Source of the DNA: Actinomycetes bacterium
Lineage (GTDB): Bacteria; Actinomycetota; Actinomycetes; S36-B12; GCA-2699445
NCBI GenBank assembly: GCA_022599915.1
Contig: JAHZLH010000066.1
Coordinates: forward strand, 5,447 to 69,446
Reading direction: 5' to 3'
Length of the DNA: 64,000 nucleotides
Shown in pieces: positions 26,774 through 38,914 of this stretch; within the stretch, counting starts at the first letter, position 1, and the number at the start of each line of letters is the position of its first letter. The translations under genes were made by a program, and so were the position numbers. The notes under the pieces were generated by a model, which made no database searches, was not told the DNA's origin, and saw only the letters and a program-made list of their open reading frames with translations.

Positions 26774-28255
26774 GTGGCAACGTCTCCAGACTTCGATGAA
26801 CTTGCCGCCGCAGTCCTATCGGCCACCGACTCCTGTGATCATGCTGACCTGCGCCTCGTTAGCACCCGCACGTCGTTTCAGACCAGACGAGACCGGGACG
26901 CCCGCGCTGATGTAGACGGGAGCGAGCGGTCACTCGGAGTTCGGGTCCTGCAGGACGGTTGTTGGGGCTTCGCAGCCACCGATGACCTGGCCATACCGGA
27001 AGCCACTGCCGCCGCCCGGCAGGCAATGGAGTTGGCGGCGGCCACTGCGGCAACGGTGGATCAGCCGGTGGAACTCGCGGCGGAACCGACGCACCAGGGC
27101 AGTTGGCGCAGCGATTTTTCCATTGACCCGTTCGAGATTTCCGCAGCAGAACGCATGGAGTTCTTACAATGGGGATGTGAGCAGCTGCTGGCTGATGCTC
27201 GGGTGCAGCACGTGGACGCGACGGCCAACGCAGTGCGGGAGGAGACGCTCTACGCGGATAGCCAGGGAACCCACACCTCCCAACTTCGCGTCCGACTGCA
27301 GGCAGCATTCACCGCAGTACAACTAGACGATGCCGGCGGATTTACACAGCTGAGTACGCTGGCGCCACCAGTTGGCCAAGGTTGGGAGTTTCTCACCGAC
27401 GAACAATCCACGTGGCCATGGGCCAACGAGTTGGCAGAGTTACCAGAACTGCTGTCTGCCAAGGCGGCTGCCCCGTCAGTCCAGCCCGGCAAGTACACGC
27501 TGGTGATTCACCCCAGCAATCTCTGGCTCACCATTCACGAATCCATCGCCCATGCCACCGAACTGGATCGGATCAAAGGCTACGAAGCGAACTATGCTGG
27601 CACTTCTTTCGTCACGCCATCGGACATTGGGGAGTTGCAGTACGGCTCCCCACTGATGAATGTGCAAGCCGATCGCACCACTCCGCACGGCCTGGCAACT
27701 GTGGCCTGGGATGACGAGGGAGTGGCAGCACAAACATGGCCACTGATCAGCAATGGGATTCTGGTCGGGATGCAACTCGATCGGGCGATGGCTGCGGCTG
27801 CCGGCCTCCCGCGCAGCAACGGCTGCGCCTACGCCGATTCCGCAAGTCACATCCCGTTGCAGCGCATGCCCAACATCACTCTGCAACCGCAACCGGAGGG
27901 TGGCAGTGTGGCGGATCTGATCGCCGGAGTTGAGGATGGCATCTACGTGGTGGGTGACGATTCCTGGTCCATCGACATGCAGCGATACAACTTTCAATTC
28001 ACCGGGCAGCAGTTTCATCGGATCAAGTCGGGTCGCTTGGTGGGTCAGTTGCAGGACGTGGTCTACCAAGGCCGCACGACAGATTTCTGGAACTCGATGG
28101 TCGCTGTCGGCGGCGAGGAGACCGTGGAACTCGGTGGCACCTTGAACTGTGGCAAAGGCCAACCAGGCCAATCCGCCCCGGTGTCCCATGGCAGCCCGGC
28201 GGCAGTCTTTGCCGAGGTCAACGTCCTTAACAGCCGACAGGAGTCAGGCGCGTGA
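26774..28255 (+). CDS. tldD: TldD-type metallopeptidase
   Basis: 493 aa containing HExxxH (HESIAH) followed by the GTSF block. It overlaps the downstream paralogue. Confidence 0.85.
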   Translation: MATSPDFDELAAAVLSATDSCDHADLRLVSTRTSFQTRRDRDARADVDGSERSLGVRVLQDGCWGFAATDDLAIPEATAAARQAMELAAATAATVDQPVELAAEPTHQGSWRSDFSIDPFEISAAERMEFLQWGCEQLLADARVQHVDATANAVREETLYADSQGTHTSQLRVRLQAAFTAVQLDDAGGFTQLSTLAPPVGQGWEFLTDEQSTWPWANELAELPELLSAKAAAPSVQPGKYTLVIHPSNLWLTIHESIAHATELDRIKGYEANYAGTSFVTPSDIGELQYGSPLMNVQADRTTPHGLATVAWDDEGVAAQTWPLISNGILVGMQLDRAMAAAAGLPRSNGCAYADSASHIPLQRMPNITLQPQPEGGSVADLIAGVEDGIYVVGDDSWSIDMQRYNFQFTGQQFHRIKSGRLVGQLQDVVYQGRTTDFWNSMVAVGGEETVELGGTLNCGKGQPGQSAPVSHGSPAAVFAEVNVLNSRQESGA

Positions 28256-29643
28256 TGCAGCCGCAACAGATCGTAGACCGGGCGCTGCGCGGCGCTGCTG
28301 GCGAAACCATGGTGGTCTTAGTCGAAGACACCGACCAAATCAATCTGCGGTGGGCCAACAGCACTCTGACCACCAATGGACATGTCCACGGTCAGACCGT
28401 GGACATCATCGCCTGCCACCGTGACCGGGCGGGCACCCGTACCGCCACGGTTTCCGGACAGGTGGCGGACGCGGCTGACGTCGACCAGCTTGTGGCGCGG
28501 GCACGTGAGGCCGCCCAAACGGCCGCAGTGGCAGCGGACGCGGCAGAGTTACCCACCCAGTCACAGCCAACTTCCCCCGACTGGGACCACGATTCACCAG
28601 GTACCGGTCCCCACGAGATTAGGGACCTGGCCGTCGATCTCGGCGAGATGTTTCGAGCGGGTGCCGCCCGCGACACCTGCTACTTCGGCTACGCCGAGCA
28701 CGATGTGACGACCACCCACTTGGGATCCACTGCTGGAGCCCGACTGCGCTGGACGCAACACAGCAGCAGATTGGAGACCACCGCTCGAGACAGCGCCGGA
28801 GCCCGATCGGCCTGGCACGGTGAGGCAGGCAACTCGCTGCGCTCCGTCGATCTCGCCACTGTTGCTGACACGTTGGCAACCCAGTTGTCCTGGCAGCAGC
28901 GACAGGTGAAGGTGCCGCCAGGACGCCATACCGTTTTGTTGTCACCTAGTGCAGTTGCGGACCTGATGGTGGAGTTCTATTGGTACGCCGATGCGGAGTC
29001 GGCTGCAGCGGGCCGCAGCGTCTTTAGTGGCAGTAACGGCGGGACTCGAGTCGGTGAACCGTTGGGCGAAGGTATTACCTTGGCCAGCGATCCCCACCAC
29101 CCGGACCCCACTATGCGCTGCGCTGATTTCGTCGCCGTCACTGGCGGCAGCCCGACCACGTCAGTCTTTGACAATGGTGGCCCCAAGCCAGCCACGGAGT
29201 GGATCGCCGACGGGGTACTGAATCAGTTGGTAACTACTCGCGCTAGTGCGGCTACTACCGGTCTGGGCTACGCCCCAACGGTTGACAACCTGAGCATGAG
29301 CACCACAGTGGGCCACGGCGACCTGATGGAGGTGGCAGGCCGACTTGAGAACGGTTTGCTGATCACCTGCCTGTGGTACAACCGCGTCGTTGATCCCGAA
29401 ACCTTGCTACTCACCGGCCTCACCCGAGACGGGGTTTACCTCGTGGCGGATGGCGAAGTAGTGGGCAGTTGTGGCAACTATCGGTTCAACGAATCGCCGG
29501 TTGGCCTACTCCGCCGTATTGTGGACAGTGGGAGCCCGGAACGGACCCTCGCCCGAGAACTGGGCGACTACTTCGCCCGGGCTACTGTGCCGCCGCTGGT
29601 GGTGGCCGATTACAACTTGTCCACCAGTAGCGACGCCCGGTAG
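28252..29643 (+). CDS. pmbA: PmbA/TldE-type partner protein (no HExxxH)
   Basis: 463 aa, a TldD/PmbA-family paralogue lacking the zinc motif. Its start overlaps the tldD stop (GTGATG). Confidence 0.8.
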   Translation: MMQPQQIVDRALRGAAGETMVVLVEDTDQINLRWANSTLTTNGHVHGQTVDIIACHRDRAGTRTATVSGQVADAADVDQLVARAREAAQTAAVAADAAELPTQSQPTSPDWDHDSPGTGPHEIRDLAVDLGEMFRAGAARDTCYFGYAEHDVTTTHLGSTAGARLRWTQHSSRLETTARDSAGARSAWHGEAGNSLRSVDLATVADTLATQLSWQQRQVKVPPGRHTVLLSPSAVADLMVEFYWYADAESAAAGRSVFSGSNGGTRVGEPLGEGITLASDPHHPDPTMRCADFVAVTGGSPTTSVFDNGGPKPATEWIADGVLNQLVTTRASAATTGLGYAPTVDNLSMSTTVGHGDLMEVAGRLENGLLITCLWYNRVVDPETLLLTGLTRDGVYLVADGEVVGSCGNYRFNESPVGLLRRIVDSGSPERTLARELGDYFARATVPPLVVADYNLSTSSDAR

Positions 29644-29661
29644 ACGCTTGGAGGCAACGGA

Positions 29662-30015
29662 ATGACAGTTCCGGCAGAGTCCGCTCAACCGCAGCCGATC
29701 GACCGGCAAAGCGATGAGTCGGTTCACCGCATCACTACGGCCCAGACTGGATTGAGTCAGGAGCAGAAAGCCCGGACTCGGCGGTACTTGATATCGATGA
29801 GTATCCGCACCATCTGTTTCATCGCAGCTGTGGTTGCAACCGGCTGGATGCGTTGGGTGTTCCTGGCTGGGGCCGTGTTCTTGCCGTACATGGCAGTGGT
29901 CATGGCCAATGCGGGTCGGGAAAATGACACCTTCGCCGGGCCGGAACAAGTCACACCACAGCCCATGGGGCAACTACCAGCCGGTGACATCGTCGTCGAT
30001 GAGCCACGGCAGTAA
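29662..30015 (+). CDS. Small two-TM membrane protein (DUF3099-like)
   Basis: 117 aa with two adjacent hydrophobic helices (ICFIAAVVATGWMRWVFLAGAVFLPYMAVVMA). It sits next to SURF1, as in other actinobacteria. Confidence 0.7.
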   Translation: MTVPAESAQPQPIDRQSDESVHRITTAQTGLSQEQKARTRRYLISMSIRTICFIAAVVATGWMRWVFLAGAVFLPYMAVVMANAGRENDTFAGPEQVTPQPMGQLPAGDIVVDEPRQ

Positions 30016-30121
30016 TCCATCCCAACAGTGCAGTGGCATCAGACCGTCACCAGCGTCCTCGCCCCCAGCAGCGCTGCCGTCACTGCTGCGGCCGTTCCCC
30101 AACGTCATCTAGGCTGATCTC

Positions 30122-30859
30122 ATGTTCTCCCTGCTGCGATCCCCACGTTGGCAGGCATTTACCGCCGCCGCGCTGATTGCGATTATCGCGTTTGGGCTGC
30201 TGAGTTACTGGCAATACAACCGGGCCGAGGAAGAGCGCCAGGAGTTCGCCACCATTTCTGCGCAGATGACGGCCGACCCGACGGTCTTGCCGCAGCAGGC
30301 GAGCGGACCAGAAGTTGACTGGCGACACGTGGAACTCACTGGCGAGTACGATCCCGACGCACAACTGTTGATCCGAAACCGGCCACAGGACGGCAGAAAC
30401 GGCTACTGGGTCACCACATTGCTGCGCACCGACCTCGGTGTGGTGTGGGTGGTGCGCGGGTGGTATCCCGCGCAAGTAGCCGCAGGTAGTGAAACCAGCG
30501 CACCGGCACCGCCAACCGGTACCGTCGTGGTAGATGGTTACGCCCGAGCCCCAGATGGCGAGCCCGCCCGCCGCGCCGATGACATCCCGGCCGGACAGGC
30601 CACTGCAGTGAATCCAACCGGCCTCTCCGAAATAGTGGCGGCGCCAGCACCCGCTGCTTGGTACGTGATTGCTACTAATGACCCGGAACTAGCAGCGGTG
30701 CCACCCCCGGAAGCCACCGACAGTCGCAATCTGTCTTACGCCGGACAGTGGCTACTATTTGCCGCGGTGGTGATTGGCGGCTGGTTCTTCTTCCTCCGGC
30801 GCGAGGCGGCAGAAACTGCCGCCGCGGAACCGGAACGGACTCCTACCACCACGGGGTAG
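30122..30859 (+). CDS. SURF1-family cytochrome oxidase assembly protein
   Basis: 245 aa with an N-terminal TM plus the YWQYNR motif. A C-terminal TM is present and the periplasmic core contains VVRGW. Confidence 0.85.
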   Translation: MFSLLRSPRWQAFTAAALIAIIAFGLLSYWQYNRAEEERQEFATISAQMTADPTVLPQQASGPEVDWRHVELTGEYDPDAQLLIRNRPQDGRNGYWVTTLLRTDLGVVWVVRGWYPAQVAAGSETSAPAPPTGTVVVDGYARAPDGEPARRADDIPAGQATAVNPTGLSEIVAAPAPAAWYVIATNDPELAAVPPPEATDSRNLSYAGQWLLFAAVVIGGWFFFLRREAAETAAAEPERTPTTTG

Positions 30860-30920
30860 CAAGACCCCACCGGACAGCAGACTGGCAGCAGCGACGCCAG
30901 CAGACTAGGACGACTACGCG

Positions 30921-32807
30921 CTAATCAGGCTGCGAGAATTGGGTGCGGTATAGCTCGGCGTACAGTCCGCCCGCTGCCAGCAGATCAGCGTGGCTGCCCC
31001 GCTCAACGATTCGGCCGCTGTCGACCACCAGGATTTCGTCTGCTTCCCGGATCGTGCTCAGCCGGTGGGCAATGACGAGCGAAGTCCTGCCAGACAAGGC
31101 TCGGGCTAAAGCTCGCTGTACCGCGGCTTCGCTGTCACTGTCGAGGTGCGCGGTAGCTTCGTCCAAGACCACCAACTGCGGCTGTTTCAGCAACAGTCGG
31201 GCAATGGCCAACCGCTGCTTTTCGCCGCCCGACAGCCGATGACCGCGGTCCCCCACCATCGTGTCCATCCCGTCCGGCAGCGAACGAATCAGTTCAGCGA
31301 TTCGGGCATCTTCACAGGCAGCCCACACCTCGTCGATATTCGCCGATGGGTTGGCATAACGCAGGTTGGCAAGAATGGTGTCGTGGAATAAGTGGGCATC
31401 TTGAGTTACAACGCCGACCGCGTCGTGGACAGATTGCTGGGTCATCTCCCGCAGATCGTGTCCGCCGATTGTCACCGCACCTGCGTCTGGGTCATAGAGC
31501 CGGGACACCAAGGCGGTGATGGTGGTCTTACCCGCACCGGACGGTCCCACCAACGCAGTCATAGTTCCCGGCGCTACGGTGAAGTCGATCTCGTGGAGTG
31601 CTGGTGCCGTTGCACTCGCCTCTTTCGTGGAGCGTGCGACCCCCTCCAGCGAGGCCAATGACACTTCGCTGGCTCGTGGATAGGTAAAACCGACGTCTCG
31701 GAACTCTAACCGGGCCTCGATGCCGGCGGGTAGCGGTCGCGCATCAGGCTCGTCTGCGACGAGGGGTTTAAGATCCAGTACCTCGAAGACCCGATCAAAC
31801 GAGACCAGCGCGGTCATGACGTCCACCCGGACATTAGACAGCGCGGTCAGCGGACCATAGAGCTGCGCTAATAGGGCAACGATGGCGAGCAAAGTTCCCA
31901 ACGTGATGGTTTCGCCGATGACAAGATTGCCGCCGACGCCGTAGGCGATCGCAGTGGCTAGCGCCGCTACCAACGTCAGTGCGGTGAAGAAGTAGCGGTT
32001 CGCCATCGCAATCCGGACTCCCAGATCCCGAACGCCGGCGGCCTTGCCCTGATACAGCTCATCCTCTTCTTGCGGGCGCCCATAGAGTTTCACCAACAGG
32101 GCGCCAGCGACGTTGAATCGCTCCGTCATCTGCGCACTCAGATCAGCGTTGAGTTGCATTTGTTCTCGGGTGAGCACTTGCAGACGGCGACCCAGCCACC
32201 GGGCGGGTAACAGGAAGAGTGGCACCAGCACCAACGCGAGCACGGTGATCTGCCAACTCAGGATCAACATCGTGACTAGCACGACGACCACCGAGATCAG
32301 ATTGCCGACCACACCGCTGAGGGTGGAGGTGAAAGCTTGCTGGGCCCCGATGACATCGGAGTTCAATCGGGACACCAACGCGCCCGTCTGGGCCCGGGTG
32401 AAGAACGCCAACGACTGTCGTTGCACGTGATCGAATACCTCGGCACGCAGGTTGAAGATCAGACCTTCACCGATTCGCGCCGACAGATAGCGGCCGTACA
32501 GTCCAATGCCGGCATCGATGATGGCCACCACTCCGACAGCGATCGCGGTGAAGCTGACGATGCTCGCGTTTCCCGGGGTGATGCCATCATCCACAATCCT
32601 GCGAAAGAGTAGCGGCTGCGCCACGGTGAGCAGTGAGCCGATGACTAGCGTGATGAGGAACAGCACCACTAGCGGTCGAAACGGCCGGCCATACCGAAGC
32701 ACTCGCCGCCACAGGTCTCGTGGCAAAGTTTCGTTCAATACCCCACGGTCGCGCGAATAGGAACGCCAAGCGGTCAAACGGCTGCCGCCCATAGGGCCCA
32801 TGCTCAT
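30921..32807 (-). CDS. Fused permease-ATPase ABC exporter
   Basis: 628 aa with a six-helix TMD and an NBD. The NBD carries GPSGAGKTT, LSGGEKQRLAIAR and VVLDEATAHLD. Confidence 0.92.
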   Translation of the reverse strand: MSMGPMGGSRLTAWRSYSRDRGVLNETLPRDLWRRVLRYGRPFRPLVVLFLITLVIGSLLTVAQPLLFRRIVDDGITPGNASIVSFTAIAVGVVAIIDAGIGLYGRYLSARIGEGLIFNLRAEVFDHVQRQSLAFFTRAQTGALVSRLNSDVIGAQQAFTSTLSGVVGNLISVVVVLVTMLILSWQITVLALVLVPLFLLPARWLGRRLQVLTREQMQLNADLSAQMTERFNVAGALLVKLYGRPQEEDELYQGKAAGVRDLGVRIAMANRYFFTALTLVAALATAIAYGVGGNLVIGETITLGTLLAIVALLAQLYGPLTALSNVRVDVMTALVSFDRVFEVLDLKPLVADEPDARPLPAGIEARLEFRDVGFTYPRASEVSLASLEGVARSTKEASATAPALHEIDFTVAPGTMTALVGPSGAGKTTITALVSRLYDPDAGAVTIGGHDLREMTQQSVHDAVGVVTQDAHLFHDTILANLRYANPSANIDEVWAACEDARIAELIRSLPDGMDTMVGDRGHRLSGGEKQRLAIARLLLKQPQLVVLDEATAHLDSDSEAAVQRALARALSGRTSLVIAHRLSTIREADEILVVDSGRIVERGSHADLLAAGGLYAELYRTQFSQPD

Positions 32808-32888
32808 ATGGCACTCCTTCTTCGGCTAGCGCTGCTACTTCTGCGGGTGCTCTCGCGGCCCAAACTGATTACCCCCTGGATATTGTGA

Positions 32889-33698
32889 CTACGATCCCGC
32901 CGCTGCCGCCAGTTCGGCAAGCGTGCGCAGTCGCCGGATCTGGGTGAGCCGCTCCATATCGCGCTGCTCTCGGGGCGAACGGATCTCGGCTGCTCGCAGC
33001 AGCGACTTCATGTCCCGAGCAGTGCCGGGTACCGCGCCGGCCAGGCCAGCAGCCAACTCATCCCCCGCTGCAGCTAGTTCAGCCACCGGTCGAACGTCCA
33101 CCGCCAAGCCGAGATTGCGTACCTCCTCGGCGACGACCCAGCGGGTAGTGAGACAAATATCCATGGCCCGCTGATAACCAACCGTGCGAGTCAACCGAGA
33201 TGTTCCAGTCAAATCCGGCACCAGACCGTAGGACGCCTCGCGCATGCTGAATTGTGCGTCATCAGCGCACAGAATCAGATCACAGGCGAGTGCCAACTGA
33301 AATCCAGCCCCGACGGCGTGCCCCTGCACGAGCGCGATACTGACAAAGGGACCATCGGTGAACACGGAGAAACCGTGCTGATACTGCGCGATGACGGCAT
33401 CGATCTCAGCATCGGGTGCCGCTGTCAGTTCCACCAGCGACCCCTCCCCCGGAATCCCCTCGGGAGTGAACATTCGACGATCCAGGCCGGCGGAGAAAGA
33501 GGGGCCTTCCGCCGCAAGGAGCACGACGTCAATACCCGTCTCAGCGGCGAACTCCCCCGCCTGGGCTAACCGACGCCATAGCGCTGGGGTTTGCGCGTTG
33601 CGATTGTCCGGGGAACACAAGGTAATCCGCATTACGCGGTCACTAGTTTCTACCCGGACTCCGTCAGCGATCTGTGGCAGTTCATCCATAACGGCCAT
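32889..33698 (-). CDS. Enoyl-CoA hydratase/isomerase (crotonase) family protein
   Basis: 269 aa with a crotonase-fold pattern (FSAGLD...GHAVGAGFQLALACD). Confidence 0.85.
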   Translation of the reverse strand: MAVMDELPQIADGVRVETSDRVMRITLCSPDNRNAQTPALWRRLAQAGEFAAETGIDVVLLAAEGPSFSAGLDRRMFTPEGIPGEGSLVELTAAPDAEIDAVIAQYQHGFSVFTDGPFVSIALVQGHAVGAGFQLALACDLILCADDAQFSMREASYGLVPDLTGTSRLTRTVGYQRAMDICLTTRWVVAEEVRNLGLAVDVRPVAELAAAGDELAAGLAGAVPGTARDMKSLLRAAEIRSPREQRDMERLTQIRRLRTLAELAAAAGS

Positions 33699-33704
33699 TC
33701 TGCC

Positions 33705-33923
33705 CTAGCGCTTGCCCGTTGCCTTCCCCCTGGTCGCGCCACCGCGGCCACGCAGTTTGACACCGCTGTCACTGAGCAACCGATGGATGAAGCCGTAGGA
33801 GCGACCGGTTTCATTCGCAAGTTCACGAATACTGGCGCCAGCCTGGTACTGCTTCTTCAAATCCTTCGCCAATTTGTCTCGATCAGATCCGGTAATTCGT
33901 TTACCTTTGGCGAGTGTCGGCAC
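33705..33923 (-). CDS. Small basic helix-turn-helix DNA-binding protein
   Basis: 72 aa. The HTH segment is ASIRELANETGRSYGFIHRLL, with Lys/Arg-rich tails. Its stop lies 6 nt before the crotonase start. Confidence 0.75.
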   Translation of the reverse strand: MPTLAKGKRITGSDRDKLAKDLKKQYQAGASIRELANETGRSYGFIHRLLSDSGVKLRGRGGATRGKATGKR

Positions 33924-34018
33924 GGGTCCTCCCTGATCTGCTGAGCGACGTCGGGCTCTTCTGTCACAGGATGCTGTAATGGTGCCCGCGATGCGCGGCG
34001 AGCGCCCGGTTCCCCCAT

Positions 34019-35614
34019 TTAGGCCAGCGCAACCAGGTCGGCGTAGTCCGCTCCCCAGTGATCCTCAACACCATCGGGCAGCAGCAATACCCGCTCTGGA
34101 TTCAGCGCAGTCACCGCTCCCTCGTCGTGGCTGACCAACACCACTGCCCCCTGATAGTCCCGCAGCGCCGCCAAGATTTCCTCGCGACTAGCCGGATCTA
34201 GGTTGTTGGTGGGCTCGTCCAGCAACAAAACGTTCGCTCCCGACACCACCAGCATCGCCAGCGCGAGCCGGGTCTTCTCCCCACCGGACAACACTCCTGC
34301 CAGTTTTTCGACGTCGTCACCACTGAATAGGAAAGACCCCAAAACATCTCGCGCCTGCTGTTCGCCAATGTCGGCGGCACCAGCCATCATGTTCGCCAGC
34401 ACGGTGGCTGAGGTGTCTAGTTGCTCATGCTCCTGGGCGTAGTAGCCGATTCGCAGTCCGTGACCGGGTTCTACTTGACCGGTGTCGGGGGGATCTTCGC
34501 CGGCGAGGATCCGCAGCAATGTGGTCTTGCCGGCGCCGTTGAGGCCGAGGATCACGACCCGCGAGCCGCGATCAATGGCCAAGTCAACGTCGGTGAATAC
34601 CTCCAGCGATCCGTAGTTCTTGCTCAACTCGGCCGCCGTTAACGGAACCCGGCCACAGGGCGCTGGCTTGGGCAGTCGCAGTCGGGCAACCCGATCAGCC
34701 TGCCGCACCTCGATGCTATCCATGAGTCGATCCGCTCGTCGCAGCATCACCTGCGCTGCGCGAGCCTTGGTGGCTTTGGCCCGCATCCGTTCTGCTTGGT
34801 CACGCAGCGCGGTGGCCTGCCGTTCCGAGTTGGCTTGTTCTCGTCGCCGACGCCGTTCGTCGAGCTCCCGCTGTTTCAGATAGCGTTCCCAGCCGGTGTT
34901 GTAGATGTCTAGTACGCCGCGGGTGGCGTCCAGATGAAAAACTCGATTGACCGTGGCTGAGAGTAGTTCGACGTCGTGACTGATGACCACTACCGAGCCT
35001 TCGAAGCCCGCCAGAAACTGCCGCAGCCAGGTGACGGAATCCGCATCTAGGTGGTTTGTGGGTTCGTCCAGTAGCAGGGTGGGAGCCTCGGCAAACAGGA
35101 TCCGGGCCAGTTCCACCCGACGACGCTGTCCGCCGGACAGGGTGTGTAGCGACTGTTCTAGCACCCGCTCCGGTAAGGCGAGATTGCTGGCGATGGCGTC
35201 GGCGCGAGCGGTGGCAGCGTAACCACCGAGCCGGATAAACTCTTCCTCTGCGTTGCCGTAACGGCGCATCGCCTTGTCGCGTGTTTCATCGTCGGCGCTG
35301 GCCATCCGCCGGGAAGCGCGCTCCATCCGTTCCCGAGCTTCATGAATCCCGCGAGCGGACAAGATGCGATGTTGCGCCGTTTGATCCATATCGGGCGAGC
35401 GCGGATCTTGCGGCAGGTAGCCGATATCACCGGAGCGTTGCACCAAACCTGCGGCTGGCTCGGCTTCGCCGGCCATGACCCGAGTCAGGGTGGTCTTGCC
35501 GGCACCATTGCGCCCCACGAGACCCACTTTGTCGCCAGAGCCCACTTGGAATCCCGCTTCGCCCAACAGCAATCGTGCGCCCGCGCGGAGTTCTAAATCC
35601 TTGACTGTAATCAT
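34019..35614 (-). CDS. ABC-F family ATPase (two NBDs, no TMD)
   Basis: 531 aa with two Walker A motifs (GRNGAGKTT and GLNGAGKTT) and two signatures (LSGGQRRRV and LSGGEKTRL). An Arg/Glu-rich linker separates the two domains. Confidence 0.92.
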   Translation of the reverse strand: MITVKDLELRAGARLLLGEAGFQVGSGDKVGLVGRNGAGKTTLTRVMAGEAEPAAGLVQRSGDIGYLPQDPRSPDMDQTAQHRILSARGIHEARERMERASRRMASADDETRDKAMRRYGNAEEEFIRLGGYAATARADAIASNLALPERVLEQSLHTLSGGQRRRVELARILFAEAPTLLLDEPTNHLDADSVTWLRQFLAGFEGSVVVISHDVELLSATVNRVFHLDATRGVLDIYNTGWERYLKQRELDERRRRREQANSERQATALRDQAERMRAKATKARAAQVMLRRADRLMDSIEVRQADRVARLRLPKPAPCGRVPLTAAELSKNYGSLEVFTDVDLAIDRGSRVVILGLNGAGKTTLLRILAGEDPPDTGQVEPGHGLRIGYYAQEHEQLDTSATVLANMMAGAADIGEQQARDVLGSFLFSGDDVEKLAGVLSGGEKTRLALAMLVVSGANVLLLDEPTNNLDPASREEILAALRDYQGAVVLVSHDEGAVTALNPERVLLLPDGVEDHWGADYADLVALA

Positions 35615-35717
35615 GCGTTCGCTACCCCCCGACTCGGTCTAGCACTAACCGACACTTCGGTCGGTTGGTTGGCTGGATCGACACCAGACCAGGTGGTCGG
35701 CGCCAAAACCAGAATTC

Positions 35718-36041
35718 TCACACGTTGAAACCGATGGCCCGCAACTGTTCGCGGCCATCGTCGGTGATCTTGTCGAGCCCCCACGGCGGCATCCACACCC
35801 AGTTGATGACGAACTCCGCCACCACACCATCAAGGGCAGCGCGAGTTTGATCTTCGATAACATCCGTCAGCGGGCATGCTGCCGAGGTCAGGGTCATATC
35901 GATGATGCAGTGGTTGTCCTCATTAACATTGGCACCGTAGATCAAGCCCAAGTCAACAATGTTGATTCCCAGTTCTGGATCGACAACGTCGTGCAATGCC
36001 TCCATCACATCATCAACGCTGGCTATCGTCTGCTCAGTCAT
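35718..36041 (-). CDS. DUF59 / SufT-like Fe-S assembly protein
   Basis: 107 aa containing DVVDPELGINIVDLGLIY and TLTSAACPL. It is the last gene of the suf operon. Confidence 0.88.
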   Translation of the reverse strand: MTEQTIASVDDVMEALHDVVDPELGINIVDLGLIYGANVNEDNHCIIDMTLTSAACPLTDVIEDQTRAALDGVVAEFVINWVWMPPWGLDKITDDGREQLRAIGFNV

Positions 36042-36511
36042 ACCTGCTCCCTCGCTGGTGTGTCTTGTGGTCCATTGATTTGCTCTACTGCGTCACGCAA
36101 TGCCATCCAGGACAAGAGAGCGCATTTCACTCGGGCGGGATACTGCGCAACACCGGCGAACGCCACCAAGTCACCCAGCGCATCTTCGTCGGGTTCAACC
36201 TGACCCTTGCCGTGCATCAGTTCCACGAACTCGTCGAGTAGGGCAAACGCTGCTGACAGTGGTTTACCAACGACTTCCCCGTAAAGCACGGAGGCGCTGG
36301 CCTGCGAAATGGAGCAGCCTTGGTTGTCGTAGGAAACGTCAGCGAGGATCGGGTCCGCGCCGTCCGCGAGCCGCACCCGCAGGGTGATCTCATCACCGCA
36401 GGTTGGGTTCACGTGCATCACTTCCGCGTCGAAGGGATCGCGCAGACCTCGACCTTCGGGATTGCGGTAGTGGTCCAGGATCACTTCCTGATACATCGCC
36501 GCCATATCCAT
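36038..36511 (-). CDS. sufU: SufU-type Fe-S cluster scaffold/sulfur acceptor
   Basis: 157 aa containing NPTCGD and GCSIS Cys motifs. Confidence 0.9.
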   Translation of the reverse strand: MDMAAMYQEVILDHYRNPEGRGLRDPFDAEVMHVNPTCGDEITLRVRLADGADPILADVSYDNQGCSISQASASVLYGEVVGKPLSAAFALLDEFVELMHGKGQVEPDEDALGDLVAFAGVAQYPARVKCALLSWMALRDAVEQINGPQDTPAREQV

Positions 36512-36525
36512 AGTTGACTCCTCCG

Positions 36526-38566
<2,041 letters not shown>

Positions 38567-38570
<4 letters not shown>

Positions 38571-38914
38571 GATTCCCCTTCGGTTCGCGGTGACAGCGAC
38601 ACTGCCACCTTTTGGACACCGGCCTCGTCGATGAGTGCGGTGCTGTAGACGTTGATTGGTTCCCAGGCGGGAAGTTCTTCTGGTTCGCCGGTGCGCAAAT
38701 CGAAGCGAGAACCGTGCAGCCAGCAGGAGATTTTTCCGGCAAGCTCGACGGTGCCTTCGCTCAGCGGAATTTCAGCGTGTGAGCAGACATCCGACACCGC
38801 GAACACTTCGTCGCGGATGCGGACTACTGCGACTGGCTTGCCGTCGATTACCACTGACCGGGGCTGGCAGTCGGCTAGCTCGGTCAGGGCGCACACCGTC
38901 TCATATCCACTCAC
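38567..38914 (-). CDS. Rieske [2Fe-2S] ferredoxin-like protein embedded in the suf operon
   Basis: 115 aa with Rieske ligand motifs CSH (VCSHAE) and C-x2-H (CWLHGS). It has GTGA and ATGA overlaps with sufD and sufC. Confidence 0.85.

Noticed and set aside
27476-28189. 237-aa minus-strand ORF antisense to tldD. Similar long antisense ORFs occur at 1436-2005, 38652-39371, 43228-43911, 7686-8330, 16974-17549 and 62629-63117.
   Set aside because: These are typical high-GC shadow ORFs. They are Arg/Ala/Pro/Gly-rich low-complexity translations with no SD and no recognisable motifs. Each fully overlaps a gene with strong family signatures on the other strand.
26774-29643. Tandem TldD/PmbA paralogues as a possible peptide-maturation system
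   Set aside because: This is the standard heterodimer arrangement, with HExxxH only in the first subunit. There is no adjacent precursor-peptide-like small ORF, cyclodehydratase or transporter that would suggest a RiPP or microcin cluster.
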